DNA of 64,000 nt, taken from contig JAKFCT010000015.1 in the NCBI GenBank assembly GCA_036676495.1, forward strand, positions 1 through 64,000. Reading direction: 5' to 3'. The position numbers and the translations under genes are program-made. This document shows, in pieces, positions 1 to 9,365 of this stretch. The notes below the pieces were generated by a model. It was not told the origin of the DNA. It did not search any database and saw nothing but the letters and a program-made list of their open reading frames with translations. Numbering within the stretch: position 1 is the first letter of the stretch; each line of letters begins with the position of its first letter. The stretch is from Candidatus Sericytochromatia bacterium (GTDB taxonomy: Bacteria > Cyanobacteriota > Sericytochromatia > S15B-MN24 > UBA4093).

Positions 1-120
1 CCATCGGACTCAGATCCAAACCCTCCGTGGAGGACTTGGGTCTCAACCCGATAGCGAGAAGACCAACCCGAAGGTCTCTCGACCTTCCAACCAACCTCTC
101 GCAGTTTTCAGCGGGGCTTG
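1..120 (-). other. Probable rRNA operon 5' leader with boxA-like element; the rRNA gene itself would lie left of the window
   Basis: Non-coding stretch downstream of three tandem promoters; minus strand reads TGAAAACTGC at 101-110, resembling the boxA region of rrn leaders. No 16S sequence is inside the window. Confidence 0.55.
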
Positions 121-141
121 CGGTGTTCACCGCGGTCTTTT

Positions 142-170
142 ACCTTAACTCCGCCTTAGCGTCTTGTCAA
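142..170 (-). promoter_or_regulatory. sigma70-type promoter (proximal of three)
   Basis: Minus strand TTGACA-N17-TAAGGT. Confidence 0.8.
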
Positions 171-234
171 CACCCTCTTTAAGAAAGAGTTTCGAGCGGG
201 TTAGCTGCGAACCGAGTGTTCGCCGCGGTCTTCA

Positions 235-263
235 ACCTTAACTCCGCCTTAAGGGATTGTCAA
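235..263 (-). promoter_or_regulatory. sigma70-type promoter (middle of three)
   Basis: Minus strand TTGACA-N17-TAAGGT; near-duplicate of the 142-170 promoter, offset by 93 bp. Confidence 0.8.
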
Positions 264-329
264 CACTTTATTTTGGAAGTGTTATCTGGCGGGGTGGCCG
301 GTTCCGGCGCGGTTTCGCAACGAAGACCT

Positions 330-370
330 ATCCTATCGCCAAGCCCCCGAAGGAGTCAAGCACTTTTTTT
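330..370 (-). promoter_or_regulatory. sigma70-type promoter (distal of three) with A-tract
   Basis: Minus strand A7 tract, then TTGACT-N18-TAGGAT. Confidence 0.6.
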
Positions 371-386
371 CGCTGAAGCGATCGCG

Positions 387-429
387 TGGCGCGGGTTTCG
401 ATCCGCTCCGGCCATTGAAACCCACGCCA
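387..429. repeat. 16-bp imperfect inverted repeat
   Basis: tggcgcgggtttcgat ... attgaaacccacgcca, 14/16 complementary, 11-nt loop. Confidence 0.7.
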
Positions 430-650
430 GCACCCATTTCCCCACCCATGCCTCCCGCTAGATCCGCCTCTTCTGGGCATTTCCATGCGCCTCTCACATG
501 TCCCCCGGGCCTTCCGGCACTCCCGCGGCGGCTGGCAGCGTCTTCCCCTTCCAAGAGTGCCGCCCTCGGCCACGAGAGCAAGCGGTTGCAAATTTGACTC
601 GTTTACGATAGAAAATAATTACATCAAAACAACCAAGAAGGAGGTCGGCG

Positions 651-3600
651 ATGCATTCGAGCACCTCTCTCCCCCGCGAAGGCATGATGGCCCTGGTTCG
701 CAACCGTCGCGGACTCATCGCCAACGTCGAGGCCTTCCCGCCCGACCCGGGCCCCGAGGGCCGGCTCCATCTGGTTCGGATCGCCTATACGGATCCCGAT
801 GGCGCGCGCGAGGACTCCCTCATCTGGGAGCGCGAGGCCGGAGCCCGCCTCATCGAAACTCAAGCCCTCCCGCACGTCACCCTCGCTCCACCGATGGAGG
901 AACGCGAATTCAACGCCCTCGTCCGTGCCAGCCGTTGGAGCGCGCTCACTCCCACCCTGGAGCTGGCCGGCTTGAGCGACGACGCGCCGCTCATCGCCTC
1001 GCCCTTCTTCGGAGCCTTACAAATCGAAGACTATCAGCTCGTTCCGCTACTTCGAGCCCTCAGGATGCCTCGGGTGGCCTTGCTCTTGGCGGATGGCGTG
1101 GGGCTGGGGAAAACCGTCGAATGCGGCTTGATCCTGCGAGAGCTGATGCTGCGCCGGCGCATCCGGCGCGTCCTGATCCTCTGCCCCGCGACCTTGCGCC
1201 GGCAATGGCAGCAAGAGATGCAAGAGAAGTTCGCCCTGCGCTTCGATCTCATCGACCGCAAGGAGACCTCGGCCCTCCAGAGGCGCCTCGGGCTCGACTC
1301 CAACCCCTGGCATGTCTTCGAAAAAGCCATCGTCAGCTACCAGTACCTCCGGCAGCCCGAGGTCTTCGAGCAGTTTCGCGCGGCGGCCATGCGCGGCGGC
1401 GAGACGAAAGCCGGCTGCCCGGAAGCTCCATGGGACCTCCTGATCGTCGACGAAGCGCATAACCTGAGCCCAGGGGGGTTCGGACCCGACTCGGAGCTGT
1501 CGCGGATGCTGCGCCGGATGAGCCCATGGTTCGAGCACCGGGTCTTCCTCTCGGCCACGCCCCATAACGGGCATACCCGCAGCTTCTCGGGGCTGCTCGA
1601 AGCGCTCGATCCCGTGCGCTTCAGCCGGACGAGCGCTTTTACCGAGGAAGAGAAGCAACGCATCTCGCAGGTGGTCGTGCGGCGCCTGAAGGGCGACCTC
1701 ACCCCGGCAAACGGAAACCCCCGATTCACCGAACGCCGGGTGGAAGCCCTGCCCGATCTAGAGCTGAGGCCGGAAGAACGGGCCCTGCTTCGAGCCTTCG
1801 AGCACTTCCGCCGGGAGGTGCGGCGCCGGGGGCGCGGAGCACTGCGCTCGGAAGCCCAAGCAGGTGCCTTCGCCATCGAGGTGCTGAGCAAGCGCTTGCT
1901 TTCGGGGCCCGCGACCTTTGCCGATAGCTGGTGGCGCTGCATGGAGGGCCTGGAGGCCGCGAGAAGCATCAAAAGCCTCGACGTCCGCGCGGCGAAGGCG
2001 GCGGCCTCCATGGATCTGGCAGATGACCTCGAACTCGAGGCGCGCGCCCGCCATGCCTTGACGGTGGTGGGCTCGTGGCTCTCGTCCATGGCCAAGGCGC
2101 TCGAGGCTCCCCTCGAGGAGGTGAGCACCGCGCTCGAGGCGCTGGGATTGGGATGGCATCCCTCGGAAATCCCCGTCTGCGATGCCCGCTACGAGCGCCT
2201 CAAGCAGTTCTGCGACACGGCCCTTCGCCACGAGGCCGCATGGCGCGATGACGAGCGCCTGATCATCTTCACCGAGTACAAGACCACCTTGGATTACCTG
2301 GCGAAACGCCTCGAAACGGACTACGGGGCAGAGGGAATCGGCGCGATCCGGGTCCTCTTCGGCGGCATGCGCGACGAGGAGCGCCAGGAGATCAAGGAGG
2401 CCTTCAACGATCCTGCGGATCCGCTCCGGATCCTGGTGGCCACGGATGCCGCCTCGGAAGGCCTGAACCTTCAAGCGACGTGTCGCTACCTCCTCCACTG
2501 GGATATCCCGTGGAACCCCTCCCGCATGGAGCAGCGAAACGGACGGCTCGACCGGCATGGGCAAGCCCGCGACGTCGCGATCTTTCACTTCAGCTCGGAA
2601 GATGACGAATCCCTGCGCTTCATGGGGCGTCTCCTGGCGAAGCGCTCCCAGATCCGCGAGGACCGGATCATGGCCGATCCGCTCTTCAGCGAGGCCATCG
2701 AGGCGCATTTCCTCGAGGACGCCTCGGGAAACGACCTCTTGTTCCAGCTCGACGAGACCCTCGCGCATCCCTCCGAACCGGACGACTTGCCCCCGGCGCC
2801 TCCCCCGGAAAAAGGCACGGATCAAGAGCAGGCCCTGCAAGCCCTCGCCGAGAAGCTCGATCTCTTGCCCGCGAGCCTTCAGGACACCTTGGAAGTCGCG
2901 ATGGGGCTCGGCTGCGGCCTACCACGCATGGAAGGCCCCGATGAGCGCGGGCGCTTCCGCCTGGTGGAACCCGTCCCTGCGGCCTGGCGCCCGCTGATCG
3001 AAGAAACGCTCCCCGTCAGCTCGGGGCATGGCCTCATGGCCGCCATCCCTCGCCTGACCTTCGATCCCCGGCACTTGCTCCAGGAAACGGCAGGGAGAAC
3101 GGTCTTCCGCCCCGAGCGGAACACCTTCCTGATGCATCTGGGGCACCCGATCTTGCAGCAAGCCCTCGGGAGCATCGCCCGGGCCCGCTACCAGCCCGAC
3201 CGCTTCTCGCGCTGGATCGCCCGGCGAGGCCCCCTTCCCGACGGAGCGGAGGCCGCCGTCTTGCTGACAGTCGAAGAACTCGCCGCCAATGGCCTCCAGG
3301 AAACCTCGCATCACTGGGTCCGCACCTGGTGCTTTCCCATCCGGAACGGCCGGCTTGAGTCTCCAGTGGAGTCGCCGCCCCCTCCGCTCACTCCACCCTC
3401 CCCGCCCGCCAAGGCCCATCGGTCTCCGGGCAAGACGCTCGCCAAGCCGGCACGAGCACTCTGGGAGCATGTGCAACCAGAGCTCGAGGCCTTCCTCGAA
3501 CAGCAAGCCATCGAGTTGACCCAGCGCCTCGAGCGTGCGTTTCAACAGACCGGCGAGCAGGCGATCGCCGACGAGAAACGGCGCTTCCAGGAGCGCCTCG

Positions 3601-3902
3601 GCGAGATCGGCCGCTCCCTTCGCGAGAATACCCTCGCCAAGCTGGAACGCGAACGCGAGGCCTTCGTCCAGGCCATGCGCCAGACGACCTTCCTGGTCGA
3701 GATCGCGCATGCGCGCGAGCAGAAGCTCTTCGACCTGACCAAGGAGCTCGAACTGCGGCGGCGACACTACCGCGAGCTTCGCACGCAACTCGAGGAGGAG
3801 CGCGATCGCCTCATCGAACGCGTCTTACCCGCGCGCTACCAGCTCAAGGACCCGATGCAGGTCCTTCCCGTGGCCGTCGAAATCCGCTTTCCGGAGGTAT
3901 GA
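651..3902 (+). CDS. drmD: SNF2-family helicase, DISARM DrmD-like
   Basis: 1083 aa; LLADGVGLGKT, IVDEAHN, FLSATPHNG, LIIFTEY, LVATDAASEGLNLQ, WNPSRMEQRNGRLDRHGQ; coiled-coil C-terminus; RBS AAGGAGG at 638-644; directly upstream of a large N6-MTase as in class I DISARM. Confidence 0.85.
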   Translation: MHSSTSLPREGMMALVRNRRGLIANVEAFPPDPGPEGRLHLVRIAYTDPDGAREDSLIWEREAGARLIETQALPHVTLAPPMEEREFNALVRASRWSALTPTLELAGLSDDAPLIASPFFGALQIEDYQLVPLLRALRMPRVALLLADGVGLGKTVECGLILRELMLRRRIRRVLILCPATLRRQWQQEMQEKFALRFDLIDRKETSALQRRLGLDSNPWHVFEKAIVSYQYLRQPEVFEQFRAAAMRGGETKAGCPEAPWDLLIVDEAHNLSPGGFGPDSELSRMLRRMSPWFEHRVFLSATPHNGHTRSFSGLLEALDPVRFSRTSAFTEEEKQRISQVVVRRLKGDLTPANGNPRFTERRVEALPDLELRPEERALLRAFEHFRREVRRRGRGALRSEAQAGAFAIEVLSKRLLSGPATFADSWWRCMEGLEAARSIKSLDVRAAKAAASMDLADDLELEARARHALTVVGSWLSSMAKALEAPLEEVSTALEALGLGWHPSEIPVCDARYERLKQFCDTALRHEAAWRDDERLIIFTEYKTTLDYLAKRLETDYGAEGIGAIRVLFGGMRDEERQEIKEAFNDPADPLRILVATDAASEGLNLQATCRYLLHWDIPWNPSRMEQRNGRLDRHGQARDVAIFHFSSEDDESLRFMGRLLAKRSQIREDRIMADPLFSEAIEAHFLEDASGNDLLFQLDETLAHPSEPDDLPPAPPPEKGTDQEQALQALAEKLDLLPASLQDTLEVAMGLGCGLPRMEGPDERGRFRLVEPVPAAWRPLIEETLPVSSGHGLMAAIPRLTFDPRHLLQETAGRTVFRPERNTFLMHLGHPILQQALGSIARARYQPDRFSRWIARRGPLPDGAEAAVLLTVEELAANGLQETSHHWVRTWCFPIRNGRLESPVESPPPPLTPPSPPAKAHRSPGKTLAKPARALWEHVQPELEAFLEQQAIELTQRLERAFQQTGEQAIADEKRRFQERLGEIGRSLRENTLAKLEREREAFVQAMRQTTFLVEIAHAREQKLFDLTKELELRRRHYRELRTQLEEERDRLIERVLPARYQLKDPMQVLPVAVEIRFPEV

Positions 3903-3903
3903 G

Positions 3904-6900
3904 ATGCCCGAGACCGACGTCCTGGCCTGGTGGGGGGAACTCTTGCAGGGAGGGTGGTTGCTCACCCCCTCGGCCCTCGCGAGGCTGATGGAGCTCGAAC
4001 CCCCGTCCCTGCCGTCGCTGCGCGCCCAGAACCTGCATGCGGCCCTCACGCAGGACCTGGAGGCCGGCGTCGCCTCCCGAAAACCCTTCAGCCACCTCAT
4101 CGATCTCATCCTCGAAGACGCCCTGGGCTACTCCCACGGCTGGCTGAAGCCTTCCGCCATCGGGCAGGACTGGACGATGACCTCGTTGGACGGGGAGAAG
4201 GTCAGGCCGCAGCGGCTCTGGAAAGGACGCACGGGAGGTGTGCTTCCGGTCTTCCTCGCCGATCCTCAGGTCAACCTGAGCGTCGGGCGAGGCCGACGGC
4301 TCAGCGCCAAGGCGGTGGAGTGGCTTCGAAGGCAAGATCTGGCGATCGCCCTCCTTTCCAACGGCTCGCGGTGGAGACTGCTCCATGCCACCCCAGACCA
4401 TGAGGCCTACGTCGAATGGGACGCCGCGAGCTTCTTCGACTCCGGCAAACCGAGCGCTCAGCTGTCGGGAATGCGGCACGTGCTGGGGATCCAGGCCATG
4501 CGTCCCCCCGCTATGGGGCAAGACAGCCCCTTGCTCGCGGCCCTGAAGGCCTCGCGAAAGGGCCGCTCCGACCTCTCGCAGCAGATGGGCGAGCGCGTCC
4601 GCCAGGCCGTCGAACGCCTCATCACGGCTCAGAGCGCCTCCCTTGACGCCATCCGGGAGGACGTCCCCCCGCGCCTCCTCTACGTGGCGGCCTGCCGGAT
4701 CATCATGCGTCTGGTCGTCCTCCTCTTCGCCGAGGCTCGGGGCCTCCTTCCCTGCGATAACCCCATCTACCGCGCGTCTTATGGCCTTTCCACCCTCCAA
4801 GACCCCCAAACCCGCGCCTCCTCATCCGCTCACCCCACCTTCAGTGCGTGGCCCAGGGTGCTGGGGGCATTTCGAATGGTTTGTGAAGGGTCCCATCATC
4901 GGGACTTGGTGGTTCCGGCCTACGGCGGAGAGCTCTTCGAGGCGGGGGATGGGCAGTCGGACGATCCGCTCGCGCGCGCGTTGGCGGCGCTGGAGTCGCC
5001 GCAAGGGGTCAGCGATCGCGACGTGGCGGAGATCCTGGATCTGCTTTGCCGGACGCATGTCCGGATCCCGGTTGTCACGCAGCGCAGCCAGGTGACCGTG
5101 CCTGTGGATTTCTCGGATCTCTCCGGGGCCTACATCGGCATCCTCTACGAGGGCCTGCTCGACTTCGAGCTGCGGCGCGCCACGGACGATCCGGTCCTCT
5201 TCCTGAACCTGGGCAAACAGCCCGCCATGCCCCTGAGCCAACTCGAAGGCCTGGATGACACGGCCCTGAAGGCCCTCCTCGACGGCCTACGAAAGGGTGG
5301 GGAAGACGACTACCCTTCCGATGCCCCTTCAGACTCCGAGCTCCCGGGCGAACCTGACCAAGACGACGCCCGGCACCGAGCGTTTGCTTGGGCGCGGAGG
5401 GCCTTGGAGGTCGGGAAGCTGGTGGGGGCACGGGAGCTCGCCGATCCCGGGAAGCGGGAGCAGGCGACCCGGGGGTTGATCGCGCGGATCGTGCTCCCCG
5501 GTGAGTGGTACCTGGTGCGCTGGGGTGGCACCCGCAAGGGGAGCGGAAGTTTCTTCACCCGCCCCGAGCTGACGCTGCCGATGGTGAGCCGCACGCTCCA
5601 TCCCCTGGTTTACGAGGCCGCTCCGGAGGAACCGGAGGGCATGGCGCGGCCGAAGGAGCCCGAGGCGATTCTCGACCTCAAGATCTGCGATCCGAGCATG
5701 GGATCAGGCTCCTTTTTAGTAGCCGCCCTGCGCTACCTGACGGATGCCCTGGTCTCCAGCCTATACGCGCATGGCCGCATCCAGGCGCATGGACGCCGGA
5801 CCGTGGTCACGCTGGCCAGCGGGATCGCGTCGCACGGCGAGCTCTGCGAGGAGACCTTGCCGCTTCCTCCCGACGAGCCGAACTTCGAGCCGATGCTCCG
5901 GGCCCGGCTCAAGCGGCATCTCGTGGAGCGCTGCCTCTACGGGGTCGATCTCGATCCGCTGGCGGTCGAGCTCGGAAAGCTCGCTCTCTGGGTCGAGACC
6001 ATGGACCGCGAGCTCCCGTTCAGCTTCCTCGACCACAAGCTGAAAGTGGGAAATGCGCTCGTCGGGGCATGGTTCGACGGCTTCCTCAAGTATCCGGTGA
6101 TGGCCTGGGAGCGCGAGGCCGGCGACAAGGGGCATCGGGGGGCGAGCGTCGCAGGCGAGGCCTGGAGCGTGGCACTCAAGGCGATGCGGGCGCGCATCCG
6201 AGAAGAGATGGATCAGCTGCTCACCGGGAGCATGAGCTGGCTGAGCGAGGATCGTTCGACATCGGCGATCGCCACCCATGCCCAGGCCCTGGAAACCCTG
6301 TCCAAGCTGCACCGCCTGCCCGTGCATCGCGCGGACCTGCGCGCGCAAATCTACCGCGCGGAAATTGCCGGAAGCTCCGCCCTCCAGCAGGTGAAGCGCG
6401 CCTTCGACACCTGGTGCTCGGTCTGGTTCTGGCCGGCGGATCTGCTGGATGATGCCCCCACGCCCCTGAACTACCTGGCCCCGGCCCCGGCGACGCTGGC
6501 ATGCGTCGAGCAGCTGGCCAAACGCCATGGCTTCTTTCACTGGGAGCTCGAGTTTCCGGATGTCTTCCGGGCCTCCCGGTCGGGCTTCGACGCCGTCGTC
6601 GGCAACCCGCCCTGGGAGACCCAGAAGCCCAACTCCCAGGAGTTCTTCAGCAACCATGACGCGCGCTTCCGGACCTACGGGAAGCAGGAGGCCTTGCGCC
6701 AGCAGCAGCGCCTCTTCCAATCGGATGCCTCGATCGAGCGAAAGTGGCTGGAGGCCAATGCGACCTTGAAGGCCCAGGGCAACTGGGTGCGGCATGCCGG
6801 GGCTCCCTTCGGCGAGGCCATGGAGAGCTCGCCGTGGGCGCGCCGACTCGACCTGCCGGAAGGGTTCGCCGACCCTGCTCACCCCTTCCGCCACCAGGGC

Positions 6901-8505
6901 TCTGCGGATCCCAACACGTACAAGATGTTCCTGGAGATGAGCCATGCCCTGCTCAAGCCCGGAGGGCAAATGGGGCTGATCGTCCCCGGCAGCCTCTACG
7001 GCGACAAGGGGGCGCAGGCGCTGCGCGAGCTCTTCCTGGATCGCTGCCAGTGGCGCTGGCTCTTCGGCTTCGAGAACCGCCAGCGGATCTTCGACATCCA
7101 CCGCTCGTTCAAGTTCTGCATGATCATCCTCGAGAAGGGGGGAAGGACCGGGAAGCTGAAGGCCGCCTTCATGCGCCAGGATCGCTTCGACTGGGAGCGG
7201 GCGGAGGAATATGCCTTCGCGTACGACGCTGCGCTCACGGCGAGGTTCAGCCCCAAGAGCCGGGCTTTTCTCGAACTGGAAGGACGGCGAGACGTCGAGT
7301 TGCTTCGCCGCATCTACGCGAACTCCGTCCTGCTGGGGGACAGCGGAAACGGGTCGTGGGGGATCCAGTCGGGACGCGAGTTCCACATGACCGACGATTC
7401 GGAGTTGTTCGCGTCCCGACCGGACTGGGAAGCCCAAGGCTACCGTCCGGACGCGGATGGGAGGTGGGTCGGGCCGAAGGGGGCGATCGCCCTTCCGCTC
7501 TATCAAGGAGTGATGATCCACCAGTACGATTACGCGGCGAAGGCCTGGCTCCGAGGAACGGGCTTGGCCGCCCACTGGGAGAGCCTTCCATGGGACTCGA
7601 AGCGCCTTGCTCCCCAGTACCTGATGGCATGGGAGGATGCGAGGCGCAAGGGCGAGCGCGTCTTGACACCCAAGGTCACTTACCGCAGCATCGCCCGAAA
7701 CACGGACGAGCGGACGCTCATCTCCTCCCTGAATCCCGGCCTGCCCTGCGGGCACAAGCTGGGAGTGCTACGCATGGAGGATCCCGTGCTCACGTGCGCC
7801 CTTCCGGCGCTGCTCAACTCCTTCGTCCTGGACTGGGTCGCCCGGATCCGGATCGGGGGCACCCAGGTCGACGCGCACGTCGTCGCCGAGCTGCCGCTGC
7901 TCTATCCGCAGCATGAGCTGATGCCCTACCTGGCCGTCAACACCTTGCGCCTGAATGGCCCATCCCCGCTCTTCGCCCCGCTCTGGCTGGCCTTGCGCCC
8001 GTACCTCCCGGCGAACCGCAGCCTGGAGTCGCTGTATTGCTTGACCCCGCATGAGCGCCTGCGCGTCCGCTGCATCACGGAGGCCTTGGTCGCCTGGCTC
8101 TACGGCCTCCGTCTGGAGGACCTGGCGGCAATCCTCGCGCCGGATCCCGGCAATCCACGGGGGTTCTGGCGCGTGGATCGTGACGCGCCTCCCGAGCTCC
8201 GGCTCACGACCCTGACCCTCGAAGCCTTCAAGAGCCTCTTGGCAGTCGGACCGTACCGCTTCCTGGAATTGAACCAGGGAGAAGGGTGGACGCTCCCCGA
8301 AACGATCGCGATCGACGGCGCGGAGCGCGCGGTGAGCGCGGCCCTGGGGCCTCGCCACCTACCCAGGCAAGGCGATCCGGATGCCGAGGAAAGCTGGAAG
8401 GCTTGCGCCGAGCATGCCCGGAGGCTCGAAGCCCATGGGGGCCGTCCCCCGCAAACCGGTTCTTCGAGTACCATGAGGAGGACGAAGCAACCCTGTCTTT
8501 TCTAA
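3904..8505 (+). CDS. Large N6-adenine DNA methyltransferase, Eco57I/Type IIG-like (DISARM DrmMI-like)
   Basis: 1533 aa; motif I DPSMGSGSFL, motif IV VVGNPPW, LYGVDLDPLAVEL, FHWELEFPDVF, TRD-like ALLNSFVLDW; starts 1 nt after the helicase stop. Confidence 0.88.
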   Translation: MPETDVLAWWGELLQGGWLLTPSALARLMELEPPSLPSLRAQNLHAALTQDLEAGVASRKPFSHLIDLILEDALGYSHGWLKPSAIGQDWTMTSLDGEKVRPQRLWKGRTGGVLPVFLADPQVNLSVGRGRRLSAKAVEWLRRQDLAIALLSNGSRWRLLHATPDHEAYVEWDAASFFDSGKPSAQLSGMRHVLGIQAMRPPAMGQDSPLLAALKASRKGRSDLSQQMGERVRQAVERLITAQSASLDAIREDVPPRLLYVAACRIIMRLVVLLFAEARGLLPCDNPIYRASYGLSTLQDPQTRASSSAHPTFSAWPRVLGAFRMVCEGSHHRDLVVPAYGGELFEAGDGQSDDPLARALAALESPQGVSDRDVAEILDLLCRTHVRIPVVTQRSQVTVPVDFSDLSGAYIGILYEGLLDFELRRATDDPVLFLNLGKQPAMPLSQLEGLDDTALKALLDGLRKGGEDDYPSDAPSDSELPGEPDQDDARHRAFAWARRALEVGKLVGARELADPGKREQATRGLIARIVLPGEWYLVRWGGTRKGSGSFFTRPELTLPMVSRTLHPLVYEAAPEEPEGMARPKEPEAILDLKICDPSMGSGSFLVAALRYLTDALVSSLYAHGRIQAHGRRTVVTLASGIASHGELCEETLPLPPDEPNFEPMLRARLKRHLVERCLYGVDLDPLAVELGKLALWVETMDRELPFSFLDHKLKVGNALVGAWFDGFLKYPVMAWEREAGDKGHRGASVAGEAWSVALKAMRARIREEMDQLLTGSMSWLSEDRSTSAIATHAQALETLSKLHRLPVHRADLRAQIYRAEIAGSSALQQVKRAFDTWCSVWFWPADLLDDAPTPLNYLAPAPATLACVEQLAKRHGFFHWELEFPDVFRASRSGFDAVVGNPPWETQKPNSQEFFSNHDARFRTYGKQEALRQQQRLFQSDASIERKWLEANATLKAQGNWVRHAGAPFGEAMESSPWARRLDLPEGFADPAHPFRHQGSADPNTYKMFLEMSHALLKPGGQMGLIVPGSLYGDKGAQALRELFLDRCQWRWLFGFENRQRIFDIHRSFKFCMIILEKGGRTGKLKAAFMRQDRFDWERAEEYAFAYDAALTARFSPKSRAFLELEGRRDVELLRRIYANSVLLGDSGNGSWGIQSGREFHMTDDSELFASRPDWEAQGYRPDADGRWVGPKGAIALPLYQGVMIHQYDYAAKAWLRGTGLAAHWESLPWDSKRLAPQYLMAWEDARRKGERVLTPKVTYRSIARNTDERTLISSLNPGLPCGHKLGVLRMEDPVLTCALPALLNSFVLDWVARIRIGGTQVDAHVVAELPLLYPQHELMPYLAVNTLRLNGPSPLFAPLWLALRPYLPANRSLESLYCLTPHERLRVRCITEALVAWLYGLRLEDLAAILAPDPGNPRGFWRVDRDAPPELRLTTLTLEAFKSLLAVGPYRFLELNQGEGWTLPETIAIDGAERAVSAALGPRHLPRQGDPDAEESWKACAEHARRLEAHGGRPPQTGSSSTMRRTKQPCLF

Positions 8506-8520
8506 AGGGAGTCGCAAGCC

Positions 8521-9345
8521 ATGCCTCAGATCCCCCTCGAAGACCACTACAACGACGTGCTGTCCAAGGCCCTTCAAGGCCTCTCGCTCAAGCCCGACGA
8601 CGTGGCCTCCCGGGCTCAGCTGGAAGGCCCCGCGCTTCGGCGCGTGCTGGACGGCGACTTCGATGAAGCCACCGTGCGCCGGGTAGCGCCCCTACTCGAT
8701 CTCGGGGAAGATCAACTGGTCGCGCTGGGCAAACATGCCTACTCCCCCGACGTTTCCCTTCCCGACGGTCTCCTGGGCTTCAACACTCCTTACGAGGACT
8801 TCTTCGTGAACGCCTATCTGCTCTGGGACGAGGCGACCCGAGAAGCCATCATCTTCGATACGGGCTCGGATGCGGAGGCCCTGCTGAAGGCGGCGCAGGA
8901 GCGCGGCTTGAAGGTCGAGCTGATGCTGGTGACCCATACCCATCACGACCACATCATGTGCCTGGGAGAGCTGAGGAAGCGTACCGGGGCTCCGGCCTTC
9001 GTCTCCCCCCGGGAGCCCATCCCGGAGGCCGCCCCCCTTGAGGAAGGCCAGACGTTCCGGGTCGGCAAGCTGACGATCAAACCGCTTCCCACCTCCGGGC
9101 ACTCGGTCGGGGGGACCTCCTATCTCGTCACCGGCCTGGCCACGCCGGTGGTGGTCGTCGGAGACGCGCTCTTCGCCGCCTCGATGGGGCGCGGCAACAT
9201 CTCCTACGCGGATGCCCTCGCCAACAACCGGCGCGAGATCTTCTCGCTGCCGGATGAAACCGTGATCGCTCCGGGCCACGGGCCCCTGACCACCGTCGGC
9301 CTCGAAAAACGCAACAACCCGTTCTACCCCGAGTTCGCGCGCTAA
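8521..9345 (+). CDS. MBL-fold metallo-hydrolase (glyoxalase II-like) with N-terminal HTH-like extension
   Basis: THTHHDH, GHS, GDALF, PGHG metal motifs; ~70-aa helical N-terminal extension. Confidence 0.85.
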   Translation: MPQIPLEDHYNDVLSKALQGLSLKPDDVASRAQLEGPALRRVLDGDFDEATVRRVAPLLDLGEDQLVALGKHAYSPDVSLPDGLLGFNTPYEDFFVNAYLLWDEATREAIIFDTGSDAEALLKAAQERGLKVELMLVTHTHHDHIMCLGELRKRTGAPAFVSPREPIPEAAPLEEGQTFRVGKLTIKPLPTSGHSVGGTSYLVTGLATPVVVVGDALFAASMGRGNISYADALANNRREIFSLPDETVIAPGHGPLTTVGLEKRNNPFYPEFAR

Positions 9346-9365
9346 CGCCGCAGCAAGGAGCCGCT

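Larger units (their letters stand above)
123..267. repeat. Imperfect ~50-bp direct repeat, 2 copies (about 123-174 and 216-267), each carrying a promoter
   Basis: gtgttcaccgcggtcttttaccttaactccgccttagcgtcttgtcaacac versus gtgttcgccgcggtcttcaaccttaactccgccttaagggattgtcaacac. Confidence 0.9.

Noticed and set aside
395-421. GTTTCGAT...ATTGAAAC resembles CRISPR repeat ends
   Set aside because: Single copy, no spacers, no cas genes; explained by the 387-429 inverted repeat.
216-597. Short ORFs upstream of the helicase
   Set aside because: Overlap promoter elements, lack RBS and protein-like features.
5761-7755. 664-aa antisense ORF in the MTase gene
   Set aside because: Shadow frame from GC-rich codon bias; no motifs; fully overlaps a well-supported gene.
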